DNA of 64,000 nt. Source: Octopus sinensis. Its lineage: Eukaryota. Shown one piece after another: positions 1-10,953 of the stretch. The DNA lies in assembly GCF_006345805.1 (NCBI RefSeq), contig NC_043007.1, positions 21,452,001-21,516,000 on the forward strand, written 5' to 3'. Below the pieces are notes generated by a model. That model was not told the origin of the DNA, ran no database searches, and was given only the letters and a program-made list of their open reading frames with translations. The translations under genes were made by a program, and so were the position numbers. Every line of letters starts with the position of its first letter. Positions within the stretch are counted from its first letter, which is position 1.

Positions 1-1477
1 CAGCCAAGTAATCAACATGTGCTTTACCAATTATATTAGTTGTTAATAAAGTTATTTAATTGGTTTATGAATTTACCATTCCATAACTTAACCTCCCTCA
101 TTTCCCAAGCTTTGTGTCTTAATCAAAACACATTTCTTGCTTTTAAAGTTTAGTGCTTCTGCAATTCTAATAATTCCATTACCAGAGCAGCCTTACTTGG
201 AAGCCTGAGTTAATGAGAGAGTCTTTATGTGACCATTTGACCTGCTAGAAACCGCAGCCAAATCTCCTTGCTGTCTTTAAAAAATGAGAGATACTGAATA
301 ATGCAGCCTGGATATGAGAAGGTGTGTAGCTTAGTAGTTAGGTTATAGAAGCTGCAATTATAAAATTGTGGGTTCAATTCCCAGATTGGATGATGTATTG
401 TGTTCTTGGGCAAGGCTTTTCATTTCATTTTTTTACTCCAGTCCATTCAGCTAAAAATGAATGCATCTGCTGCAGAATGGTGCCTTGTAGACAATTACTC
501 CAAAATTTTGCAGGTGCAACATGTCAGTGATCCTTCATGGTTGCAATACACCAATGATATGAGTCTGGGATGTGTTATTTTCCAAAACAAGAAGTGATGG
601 TCATAGCATGATCGGAGATGATTTGAGACTGAGCATCATCATCATTGCCACCACCACCACCACCATCTATTTAATGTCTACCTTTTCATGCTTCCGTGGA
701 TCAGATGGAGTTATTGAGGCAGCTTTTGTAAAGCTGGATGCCTTTCCTGCCACCAACCCATACCTATTTCCAAGCAAGGTTGGAAATGAGTGACATTAAT
801 TTACAAAAATCATGCAATGTTAACACAAGGAGACACACACTCACACACAGCAACAATAAAGGAAAATATAAAGAAGAGCTAAAAAATACAAACAGTGTAT
901 TAGGTTTACGCTCAGGAAAAATAGAAGTAAAAGTCTTTTTACGTTTTGAGCATATGCTCTTCTTCAGAACAAATAGACAAAGGGAGAAAAAAGAACAAAT
1001 GTGTCTCAAATAAATGGGCTTCTTTTAGTTTCCACCTACCAAATCAACTCCCAATGGTTTGGTTGGCTTTGGCTATGGCTATAGAAGACATTTACCCATG
1101 GTATTATACAGTGGGACTGAACCCAATGTCACATGGTTGAGAAGCAAACTTCTTAACCACACAATTGTTTTTAAATGCAGATCAATTATCCTGTTTCATT
1201 ACATTGAGTCAGGGCACTTATCACATTTGATATGATAGTAAAATTTCTCAACATACATTGTGCATTATCTGTACTTGTTGCTCTATCTGCATGTAGTACA
1301 AAGTTCTGACTTGCTGTTCTCCTTTATCCTCTGTGCAAGGTTCCCACCTCCTCAACTGTTTTAAGTCCAAACTCTGTAATAACTACTCTTTCAGTCTTTA
1401 AGGTTACCTGGGTTGAAACTTTTCTTATTTACATTATTTACATTTGACGGATATTTGTCTTCATCTTGTTTATTGTT

Positions 1478-1523
1478 AACACAACATTTCGGCTGATATA
1501 CCCTCCAGCCTTCATCAGGTGTC
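1478..1523 (-). ncRNA. Minimal type I hammerhead ribozyme motif (PLE-type)
   Basis: Minus strand reads GACAC-CTGATGA-A-GGCTG-GAGGGTATAT-CAGCC-GAAA-TGTT-GTGTT: CUGANGA and GAAA cores, 5-bp stem II, ACAC/GTGT stem I. The palindromic stem III ACGT appears decayed to ATGT. Confidence 0.7.
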
Positions 1524-1567
1524 TTGGGGAAATTTCTTAAGGTATTTTTCGATATTATTATTATTAT

Positions 1568-1857
1568 TCAGTAGTTTTATTTTTATAGCGTGCTTTCACT
1601 TCACTACCGAGTGCAGCTCTGTGTGCCTTGGGTATGTGCTGTGATTTGTTGTGATGCTCTGAAGGTATTGAAAGTGTTTTGCATAGGACGTGTGCAGTGT
1701 CCAGTAGTGCAATTTTCTGTATGTTATATGTGTTTGTAAGTCCTGGTGTTTTTGTTATGTATTTGTCTGAAAATTTTTTTATCATGCCTAATGCACCTAC
1801 TATGATAGGAATTGTTTCTGTTTTTAGATTCCACATTCTAGTTACCTCTATTTCCAG

Positions 1858-1859
<2 letters not shown>
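1568..1859 (-). mobile_element. 5'-truncated R4/Dong-clade non-LTR retrotransposon (C-terminus of the restriction-like endonuclease plus 3' UTR) inserted in (TAA)n
   Basis: Translation LEIEVTRMWNLKTETIPIIVGALGMIKK...QKIALLDTAHVLCKTL matches the R4/Dong-type C-terminal pattern. It is flanked on both sides by (TTA)n, the known target of Dong-like elements. Confidence 0.8.
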
Positions 1860-1893
<34 letters not shown>

Positions 1894-2294
1894 TATTATT
1901 ATTATTATTATTATTATTATCCAGGTCACTGCCTGGAATTGAGTCAAGTACTGGGATCTATTATTTCTCCATCTTTTATTCCTATCCACTGTCTGTCTGT
2001 CTTTCTTTTTCTCTCTCAGAAATCAGCTGAGATCAAGCCAAAAGCAAAGCATATGTTGTATATTTGTGAATTAGATTAGTAAAATTAACAATTTATTTTT
2101 CTGAAGACAGATGTACACCAAAGGCTTTTATGCACTTTCATTTCACTTTTGGTGCTAAAAAGACCCCCTTCGTCCCTGGCATAGAAAATCCTTGATAAGT
2201 TTGCTTCACTGATATCTTTTCTTCCTCCATTCTCAGCCACCACACATCTCAGTGTCTTTCTCTTCTAAATCTTACTGTTAGGCTTTGAACTACA

Positions 2295-2735
2295 CAGAAT
2301 TTGAGCAGGAAGTTACTCGAGAACAATGTTGTTGGTCAGCTGTTGTGAGCTCCTTGAGCCAAGATTTAGTTGAGATCAATGTTGTTGATCAGTTCTTTGG
2401 TGAGCAGAGCTCCTTGAGCTAAGATTTAGTTGAGATTAATGTTGTTGATCAGTTCTATTGTGAGTAGAGCTCATTGAACAGAGGTTTAGTTGAGATCAAT
2501 GTTGTTGATCAGTTCTTTGGTGAGCACAGCTCCTTGAGCTAAGATTTAGTTGAGATTAATGTTGTTGATCAGTTCTTTAGTGAGCGGAGCTCCTTGAGCA
2601 GGGATTTAGTTGAATGAATGTTTTTGATTCTATTGTGAGTGGAGCTCCTTGAGCAAAGAGTTAGTTGATTAGCTATTATGAGTAGAGCCCTTTGAGCCGA
2701 GACTTAGTGGAGATCAGTGTTGTTGATCAGCTGTG
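2295..2735. repeat. 60-bp minisatellite, about 7 degenerate units
   Basis: Unit TGAGCAGAGCTCCTTGAGCTAAGATTTAGTTGAGATTAATGTTGTTGATCAGTTCTTTGG recurs in register at 2401, 2461, 2521 and 2581. The unit has stops in all six frames. Confidence 0.92.
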
Positions 2736-2881
2736 TGATGATACTCCTCAATTAACTTCTGATCCAGTTTCATTGATCACATCAGTAGTTCTTATTCATC
2801 CTCATATAATTTTGTCTGCCCAATTAAACTTCTAACTCTTAGGTCTGTCTTGGATTAGACAAATTAAGGTAGAGATAACCT

Positions 2882-3115
2882 AACTTTAGATCAGTTCAAA
2901 TATGTAAATAACATATTTGATCCGTAAAATGGTATTTTCACTGCGATTTGCCATGGAGAAATATTTTCACCTAAGGCAATAGGTTAGGTGGCACTCTGAA
3001 CTGACTTTGGTGTGCTTACACCTTTTACCCTAAGTGAGAATTTTTCTTCATAGCAAACTACAATGAAAACACCTTTCTGCTGGTTGAATATACCTCAAAC
3101 AACTGATTTAAAGTT
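2882..3115. repeat. Old degenerate inverted repeat (arms about 100 bp), probable palindromic MITE relic
   Basis: 2882-2985 aligns by eye with the reverse complement of 3018-3115; the ends are AACTTTAGATCAGTT and AACTGATTTAAAGTT. Confidence 0.6.
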
Positions 3116-3849
3116 TACTGTTTGTTTTACCCCATTGCTTCATGTGCCAGCAATGTATAAGGTAAAGACTAAAGGCGGTACTTCTTCCAACTTCACACTC
3201 TGAGTTCAAATGCTGTCAAAGCCAACTCTGCCTTTCACCCTTCTGGGGCCGGTAAAATAAGTAGCAGTCGGCCTTATGCCAAAATTCAAAACCAATATAT
3301 AAGGTCTCTACCTTCTTATTCCTAGATACATTTTTGTCTTTGGAATTTGATATTTCTTGCCTTAATTCAATTTAAAAATATTTGTGATATCTGTCTTTTC
3401 TCTTATTTTATCCTTTCTCTCCCTCCCCCCCTCTTTCCTCTCTTTGCTTTTATATTCCTTCCTCTTCCTTCTCCTCATTCTTTTCCCTTTTTTCTTTTTT
3501 CTTTTGTCTTTTCTTTCTTCATTTTCTTCCTCTACATATTATTATTATCTAGTCTATTATTTCCTCTAAATGCTATCATCTTAGCAAAAGCTTTGCTTTT
3601 TTTTTTTTTTTTGTTTTTTTATATTCCCCTTATTCTAAATAGTGTGTTTTAACCAACCTTATCTCTCCGCTCCATTTAGAGTAAGCCGTCTCTTTTGATT
3701 TCTCTCTCTCTTTCTCTTTCTCTCTCTCCCTCTCTCTCTCTCTCCTCTCTTTTTGTTAATAATCTTCTTTACACAATGGAGTTATTCCTGATGCACTCAA
3801 ATGAGAAGTTTTGCCTCCCAAATGATTCCATTAGACCAATTGTTCTTTT

Positions 3850-4470
3850 GTCGTCATCGTCATCATTATCATCACCATCATTGTGAGCATTTTTGTCATC
3901 ATTGTTTTCATCACCATCATCATCGTCATTGTCATTGTCAGAATTTTCAGCATCATCATTGACATCATCATCCCTGTAATCATTGTCATCATCGTCATCA
4001 TCATCATCACCATCATCATTATCATTGTCAGTGTCTCATCATCATAATTATCATTATCGTCATCACCATTATCTTCATCACCAGCATCATCATTGCCATT
4101 ATCTTCATCATCATCGTCATCATCCTCCTCCTCATCATCATCATCATTATCATCATCATTGTCATCATCCTCTTCATTGTTGTCATCAGTGTCTCATCAT
4201 AATTATCATTATCGTCATCACCAGCATCATCATTGCCATTATCTGCATCATCATCATAGTCATCATCATCATCGTCATCCTCCTCCTCCTCCTCATCAGC
4301 ATCATCAGCAGCATCATCATTGGCATCATCCTCATCATCATAATCTTCATAATTGTAATCATCATCATCATCATCATTATCATCATCATCATCATTATCC
4401 TCATCATCATAATCTTCATAATTGTAATCATCATCATCATCATCGTCAGTATCTTCATCATCATTTTGCC
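3850..4470. repeat. Complex (CAT)n microsatellite with internal block duplications
   Basis: Long CAT/CGT/CAC runs. These give rise to the poly-His/Ile/Ser/Met ORFs in the track. Confidence 0.95.
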
Positions 4471-4653
4471 ATTGCTATTATTTTCATTTCCATAAGACAG
4501 ACAATGTTATTTTGTGACACAGTCAATAGCAGTCTAGTCTAGCCTAGCCTAGATTAGATAAATGTCCCCCCCCCCCGCCATCTGTTATCTCTCATTCTGT
4601 ATCCAATTGTTCTGAATTTAATTCTTGGTTAAAAAGACCTGATAAAATATATA

Positions 4654-5288
4654 CAATAATATCTCGATATGTAAGTTAATTTATTCCCAAAGACACCCCC
4701 CCCCTCATAAAACGAAAACTCAGTAAAGCAAAGCAAGAATTTCCCATAGTAGCAATGTTATGAATCATAATTTGTTCCCAGAAGAATATTTTACCTATAA
4801 AATTTGGGATCTTTTCGGTTTGAATGGCAGTTTTTTTCTCGCGGTGTCATATGAAATTGTCACCCATAATTATGACCCTAGTATCGATCTATTGCGTTTC
4901 AATCTGTTTTAGGGTTAGGGTTAGGGGTGGGGGGAAGGGTATATTTTTTTTCTTCACAAATGTAAATAAACCCAATCTGTTTCTTAAACGAGGGACATAT
5001 TCATACAGCACAGAATGTTTTCACCTCAATAGACGTCATTGATTGGTTGAAATTGTGGGACCGAACCCGGAACCATGTGGTTGGTAAGCAAACTACTTAC
5101 CACACAGCCACTCCTACGCCTATTTTTTTTTTTCACTTTCTATAAATTTCTCAGTAACACACAGAAGCACGTCTTACAGTAGTAGAAACTTTTGCACTTC
5201 GTTCAAAATTTCTATCTTGTGCTTGAAAAATAAAACTCATAAACCTGGGGTCTCTTATAGGGGGTCCTCAGAAATTGAGGTATTACTG
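4654..5288. mobile_element. pogo/Tigger-like MITE carrying nested insertions
   Basis: Ends are TA|CAATAATATCTCGA and TTGAGGTATTACTG|TA (imperfect TIRs, TA flanks). Interrupted by a GGATC-TIR element (4807-5055) and a SINE A head (5056-5122). Confidence 0.65.
4807..5055. mobile_element. Truncated copy of the GGATCTTTTCGGTTTGAACGGCAG-TIR MITE
   Basis: Reverse complement of about 22030-22275. Contains (TTAGGG)3 at 4909-4926. Confidence 0.85.
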
Positions 5289-6712
5289 TACTGATAAACT
5301 AAATTATTTCAACTTGTTTCGTATCCGTCTTTTCAGTTTAGCTTGATGGTACTGATAAGCTTTCTTGTAAAATTGGTTATTTGCGTATCAATAAATTGAG
5401 CATTAATTAATTAATTAATTAACACTATATTTTATTTTTCTGCTACTAATTACATGACTGTTGAGTAGGTGTTATTCTTTTTTATTTATTTATTTTTTTA
5501 CCTGTTTTTAGTCTTTGAACTGTGGCCATGCTGTAGCACCACTTTGGAGGGCTTAGTTGAACAAATCGAACCCTAGTATTTATATTCGTTTAACAACTGG
5601 TACTTATTTTATCAGTCTCTTTTTGCTGAGCTGCTAAGTTATGGGGATGTAAACAAACCAACACTGATCGCCATGCAGTGGTGGGGTTAACTACAAAGAC
5701 ACAACACACACACACACATACATTGGGGACTGCTGTTTGTGGTATTTTAATCTGGCTTTTTATCCCATTGGAGTCAGTGTTACTGTTTATCCCCTTAAGG
5801 TAGATAAATAAAGTCCCAGACTAATATTAGGATCTATTCTTTCTATCTCTCTGTTTGTCTCTCTCTCTTACTCTCATCCTTTCTCTCTTTCTCTCTCTCT
5901 TTTACTCTCATCCTTTCTCTGTCTCTCTGTCTTTCTCTTCCTTACTCTCATCCTTTATCTGTCTCTTATTCTCAACCTTTCTCTGTCTGTTTCTGTTTGT
6001 CTCTCTCTCTCTTACTCTTATCCTTTCTCTATCTGTCTCTCTTTTTTACTCTCATCCTTTCTCTGTTTGTCTCTCTTGCTTACTTTCATCCTTTCTCCAT
6101 CTTGGTCTGTCTGTCTGTCTGTCTCTCTCTGAAAAATCAGCTGCGATCAGGCCTTGAGAATGATGGATTCTACCAGGTGTAAATGTCCAAGACATGCCAA
6201 ATGTCACAACGGTACCACTATGATTCCATCAGGAATTGAAGGCCCAAGGCAAAGCATATGAATATGCCTCAGTATGCCTGGCCTGAGGATATTGCACAAC
6301 TTATAAAACTGATCTAGAGCTTGACCCCTTTGATACCAACCCACTTGAGACCCCCACCCCTGGTTCCAAGACACAAGCTTCCTATTTCAAAGTGATCCAA
6401 CTTGAACCCTTCCACCAAAATTTCCGACAAAGTTATTTTACTAATCTTTTACCTTTTACTTGTTTCAGTCATTAGACTGTGGCCATGCTGGGGAATCACC
6501 TCAAAGAAGTTTTATCAAATGAATTCAACCCCTGTACTTTTTTTTTTGAAGCGTGGTGTTTATTTTATCAGTCGCTTTTGTCAAACTGCCAAGTTATGGG
6601 GATGTAAACAAACTCCTACTGGTTGACAAGCGGTGGATGGGGACAGACACAAACACACACACACATACACATCTATATATTATGCTGGTATGGGTAAGAT
6701 GGTCTGTCCTTG

Positions 6713-7162
6713 TTTGTCCCCTCTGTGTGTAGCCCCTTGTGAGCAGTAAAGAAATAAGAAATGTTAGCACACCGGGCGAAATGCTTAGTGGTATTTCGTT
6801 TGTCGTTATGTTCTGAGTTCAAATTCCGCCGAGGTCGGCTTTGCCTTTCATCTTTTCGGGGTCGATAAATTATGTACCAATTACGCACTGAGGTCGATGT
6901 AATCAACTTAATCCCTTTGTCTGTCCCTGTTTGTCCCCTCTATGTTTAGCCCCTTGTGTGCAATAAAGAAATAGGTATTTCATCTGTCGTTATGTTCTGA
7001 GTTCAAATTCTGCCGAGGTTGACTTTGCATTTCATCCTTTCGGGGTCGATAAATTAAGTACCAGTTACGCACTGGGGTCCCATGTAATCGACTTAACCCC
7101 TTTATCTGTCCTTGTTTGTCCTCTCTGTGTTTAGCCCCTTGTGGGCAGTAAAGAAATAAGAA
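6713..7162 (+). mobile_element. SINE family B, tandemly repeated bodies
   Basis: B-box-like GAGTTCAAATTCC followed by GAGGTCGACTTTGCCTTTCATCCTTTCGGGGTCGATAAATTAAGTACCAG, which resembles the Meta/MESC SINE domain (from memory). Further copies at about 8975-9210, 10954-11344, 19210-19590, 28935-29290, 43590-43770, 48259-48645, 52598-53008, 53830-54240 and 59868-60085. Confidence 0.85.
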
Positions 7163-7469
7163 ATGATGCTAAATAACAGCATCATTTTGTTGTAAGCATT
7201 TCCACCAGATCTTGGCGCCCTCTACACTCCCACGTCTTTCCTGCTGATTTTCAGGTTGAACAATGATGACATCAGCCTTGCGAGTGCCAGGAGAGCTTGC
7301 AAAAGGTCATTGACAGTTTCTCTCCTCCTCCTGAAAAACAGAAAAGAAAAAAGGTTGGGAAAAATAAAGAAACAAATAAAAAGCAAGATAGGATAGTCAG
7401 AGCTAGTGTGCTCATGATGTAAGATCTGTTGAGGCAGGAAGCTGAACCTAAGCATAAAACAACTGTAAT

Positions 7470-7857
7470 CTTTTACTTGTTTCAGTCATTAGACTGCGGC
7501 CATGCTGGGGCAATGCCTTGAAAAGAATTTTCAATCAAATGAACCGACCCCAGTGGGTGATTTCTTTTTTAGGCCTGGTCCTTATTCTATCGGTTACTTT
7601 TACCAAACTGCTAAGTTACAGGGATGTAAATATACCAACACCAGTTGTCAAATGGTGGTGGTGGTGGGGGGACAGACACAAACACACACACACCTACACA
7701 CATGACAGGCTTCTTTCAGTTTCCATTTACCAAATCCACTCACAAAGCTTTGGTCAGTCCGAGGCTTTTGCAGCAGACACTTACCCAAGATGCCACGCAG
7801 TGGGACTGAACCCAGAACCATGTGGTTGGGAAGCAAACTTCTTACCACACAGCCACA
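7470..7857 (-). mobile_element. SINE family A (tRNA-derived head, CORE-like segment, central TA/TG microsatellite, GTAAAAGA tail)
   Basis: Head GGCTGTGTGGTAAG...GGTTCAGTCCCACTGCGTGGCA..TTGGG.AAGTGTC is shared with more than 20 whole or partial copies in the window. Confidence 0.9.
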
Positions 7858-8099
7858 TTTATATTTCCATATTGCATTTTATGTTTTCATGCTACAGTTA
7901 TGAGTTGGATGAGAATACCAAGATGTGGATGCTGTGTAGAGGTGTGGTACGTGCTTCTCTGTATGTGTGATAGGAATGAAGAATATTTCCTTTTTGTGAA
8001 TGAATGCCCTTCCTCATACTGACTAAAACAATTGGTATTGTTCTGATTTTTTTCTTAAATTTTTGATTGTTTTCCTAAATAAGGCTGCACATATTTTAA

Positions 8100-8316
8100 C
8101 CCTTTAACATTCAGATTACTCAGTCAAATGTAATGCTTATTTATTCACATTGTTTTCAGTTAATCACATTGTAACTTTGAGATGAGGACGATACAATTGT
8201 TTATTATTATTTAGAATAACATTGTAGGGTATGTGTGAGAAGCTGGATCTGGCTGGTTTGAATGTAATACAGGAAGAATATTTGAGCCAGATATCGCTGG
8301 TTTCAATGCTTAAGAG
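8100..8316 (+). mobile_element. piggyBac-type MITE, family E
   Basis: TTAA|CCCTTTAACATT...AATGCTTAAGAG|TTAA. An inverted copy lies at 37199-37415 and a fragment at 43068-43121. Confidence 0.8.
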
Positions 8317-8326
8317 TTAAACATAC

Positions 8327-8793
8327 TCTGTATACCCGAAAGCATGAGATGGCTAAAAGTGCTTGTGTGTGTGTGTGTGTGTGTATATAATATAAATCGG
8401 ACATGGGCGATCGTTGTACTCTTTCTTGTCTTGAGGTTCACAACCAAACGGCTGGGTGGATTCGAGTGAAAAATGGCACACATGTGGAGACGGGTGCATA
8501 GATTGGAATGCAGTTTGTATTTTTTTCCTAACCCCCATACTTACGGAGAAAATCGATTAAAACTTTTTCTAATGGAATTTCCCTGTTTGTTCTGCCATTA
8601 AAACAACCAGTTGCTTAGAAGCTATTTTCTGGCGACATGGGGTCAGGAAATTTTCATATAGCTGGAGGCTCCAATCGAAACAGGGGACCCAAAATTATAA
8701 GGTTGACAAACGCTGTTATAGATTATGCCTAACCGAAAACGATCTCAGCCACATCATCCAAACAGACCGGGTGAAACCGGGCTTAGCTGCTAG
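8327..8793 (+). mobile_element. Non-autonomous Helitron-like element
   Basis: 5' TC start with a (TG)n tract near the 5' end. 3' GC-rich hairpin CCGGGTGAAACCGGG lies about 9 nt before terminal CTAG, followed by T. No TSD. Confidence 0.65.
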
Positions 8794-8816
8794 TATATAT
8801 ATATATATATATATAT

Positions 8817-9406
8817 GGCATGGCTGATGGCTTTGTTAGTTAAGAAGGTTGCTTGCGGTATCGATTCCCAGACCGGGCGTTGTGAGTGTTTACTGAGCAA
8901 AAACACCTAAAGCTCCATGAGGCTCCGGTAGGGGGTCGTGGGGAACCCTGCTGTACTCTTTCACCACAACTTTCTCTTATTTCTTTATTGCCCCAAGGGG
9001 CTAAACATAGAGGGGACAAACAAGGACAGACAAAGGGGTTAAGTCGATTACATCAACCCCAGCGCATAACTGGTACTTAATTTATTGACCCTGAACGGAT
9101 GAAAAGCAAAGTCGACTTTGGCAGAATTTGAACTCAGAACGTAGCGGCAGACGAAACACCACTAAGCATTTCACCCGGCATGCTAACATTTTTGCCAGCT
9201 CGCCGCCTTTCTCTCACTCTTCCTTCCTGTTTCTCTTGTACCTGTATTTCAAAGGGCCAGCCTTGTCACACTGAATCTCCCCAAGAACTATGCTAAGGGT
9301 ACACCTCTGTGGAGTGCTCAGCCACTTGCATGTTAATTTCACGAGCAGGCTGTTCCGTTGATTGGATCAACTGGAACCCTCGTCGTCATAACCGATGGAG
9401 TGCCAC
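8817..9406 (+). mobile_element. tRNA-derived SINE related to family G, with an antisense SINE B nested at about 8975-9210
   Basis: The body AAACACCTAAAGCTCCA...CACAACTTTCTC resumes after the nested element. The 3' part matches 57325-57528 and 20000-20100. Confidence 0.7.
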
Positions 9407-9407
9407 A

Positions 9408-9786
9408 TTAGTTATTTTACATTTTTTTGTTTTTAAACAAGGGGGATACAATTTCAAGATACCCATGATAATAATAATAAATTTGTAAACGAACTAACAA
9501 AAGCCTATGAGAAACAAATACAGAGGAGCCAAGTGGGTTATATTTTGGGTATAGATTCTTGGTTAAAAAGTTCATATCTTACTGTGTAGATTTTTCTTTG
9601 TGTTGTCTGAAAAAGACTTTATTTCGTATGCCCTGGCTTATGTAGTTGAAGAACAGGTGCCAGGTTTTTGTGGGAAATTTGTGATTTTGACAAATAACCT
9701 GTCTGGACAGATTTGCAGAGATATTTATTTTTTTAAATAATTTTCTTGTTTTAAATTTAGTTTTTTTTTTTCTTGTAAGAAATTAA
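9408..9786 (+). pseudogene. cob: Heavily decayed mitochondrial cytochrome b NUMT (middle to C-terminal pieces)
   Basis: Begins TTAGTTATTTTACATTTTTTTG (LVILHF), also present at 11565. Later patches read QVF..G.FVILT and GQICSDIYFF (AGA=Ser), in the order expected for the cytb C-terminus, with deletions. Confidence 0.5.
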
Positions 9787-10087
9787 CTGGCCGTCTGGTT
9801 TAGAATCATTATTTCAATTTTTACCTTTACACACGCACATACACACACACATTCTCTCTCTCTCTCTCTCTCTCTCAATATCACCACAAGAAAACATCCG
9901 GGCTTGTCAAGTTTGGAGAACATGAAGGCCGGTTGACATTGCCATAGTGGGAAATTATTCTCTATCCAAAGCATTGCCATAGCAACTGCATTATTTATCT
10001 TGCGGTATGAGCAGTTACCCCCATCTTGCTTGAACCATGTGTGAGGTCTACTTAGAATGGCCAGGCACAAAAAAAAAGGTCTCAATC

Positions 10088-10422
10088 AGGGATACCTGAA
10101 AGAGAGGGTTTGCGTCAACAAACCGGAGACTCTGATGCAACCGAAGGAGAACATCAATAGAGAAATCAGAGAAGTGGGGTCTGAAACTCTTGAGGGTGTC
10201 GTGGGGCAAGTTTTGGAAAGAGCACAGGCGTGCGAAACCAAAAATGGATACCATTTAATCAATGTCATTTTTCATATGTGATGTAATGGTGTTGTAAAAT
10301 TTTACCTGTGCATATTAATTTCCATTATGTCCTTTATATTGCATCAAAATTTCATGCATTTATTTGTAAAGTTAAGGAAATTATTAAAAATTGAAACCCA
10401 TCAATGATTTTGCGACACCCTG
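10088..10422 (+). mobile_element. Tc1/mariner-superfamily transposase C-terminus plus right TIR
   Basis: GYLKERVCVNKPETLMQPKENINREIREV...ERAQACETKNGYHLINVIFH is a typical post-catalytic transposase tail. The element ends GCGACACCCTG|TA. I did not find a left TIR. Confidence 0.8.
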
Positions 10423-10953
10423 TATTAGTACCCATTACTCAATAAGTTGTAAGGGTACCTCTTGAGGACTTTGAAATCAGGTAGTGTATAAATTTCAGGC
10501 CTTGGGCCTACAGCAGAAAGCACTGCTTATACACCTTTATTTACTTTGAGATCCACAGTTCAATATGAATCATTAAAAATATGGTTTTCTTCTGCCAGAG
10601 AATGCGAAGAGGAGTGATTGAGTAGTGCCAATCATTCTCAACAATTTACTGAACAAGTTTTTATATTTCTAATGTGTCATAGTACCCGTTACTCATTGAG
10701 TTGTTAGGGTACGCCTTGAGGACTTTGACACCAAGTAGTGTATAACTGACTAACGAACCTGGGTGACTCATTTAGACCTGTGCAAAATTCACAGGGAAAG
10801 TTTGAAATCAACATTAGATGCTTGTTAAAATCAAAATAAGCGACAAGGATATCCAGAGGTATGGATAATACTGTACTAAATTCTGGTGCCTCAACTTAAG
10901 TACCATATTCATCTGAATGTAAATAAGATGCTTGTTATATAGTTTGGTTATAT

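Larger units (their letters stand above)
1421..1945 (-). mobile_element. Non-autonomous Penelope-like (pLTR-type) element with a minimal hammerhead, interrupted in its (AAT)n tract by an R4/Dong fragment
   Basis: 1435-1523 is the reverse complement of 26308-26393. Hammerhead core on the minus strand. (TTA)n tracts at 1553-1567 and 1860-1920. Confidence 0.6.

Noticed and set aside
2295-2735. CRISPR-like regular repeats
   Set aside because: The units are contiguous with no unique spacers, the context is eukaryotic, and there are no cas genes.
3831-4542. Poly-His/Ile/Ser/Met ORFs
   Set aside because: They are translations of a (CAT)n microsatellite that is open in several frames on both strands, with no protein-like complexity.
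4909-4926. Interstitial telomere (TTAGGG)3
   Set aside because: It is an internal part of a MITE also present at 21864-22275, not a chromosome-fusion scar.
7200-7455. 77-aa minus-strand ORF with a good acceptor near 7331
   Set aside because: All three frames stop within about 110 nt of the acceptor, and I recognise no donor or homology. It could be a terminal or non-coding exon but is unsupported.
7518-7970. Recurrent ORFs containing YQIHSQGFG / CHAVGLNPEPCGW
   Set aside because: These are antisense translations of SINE A. Recurrence reflects repeat copy number, not a gene family.
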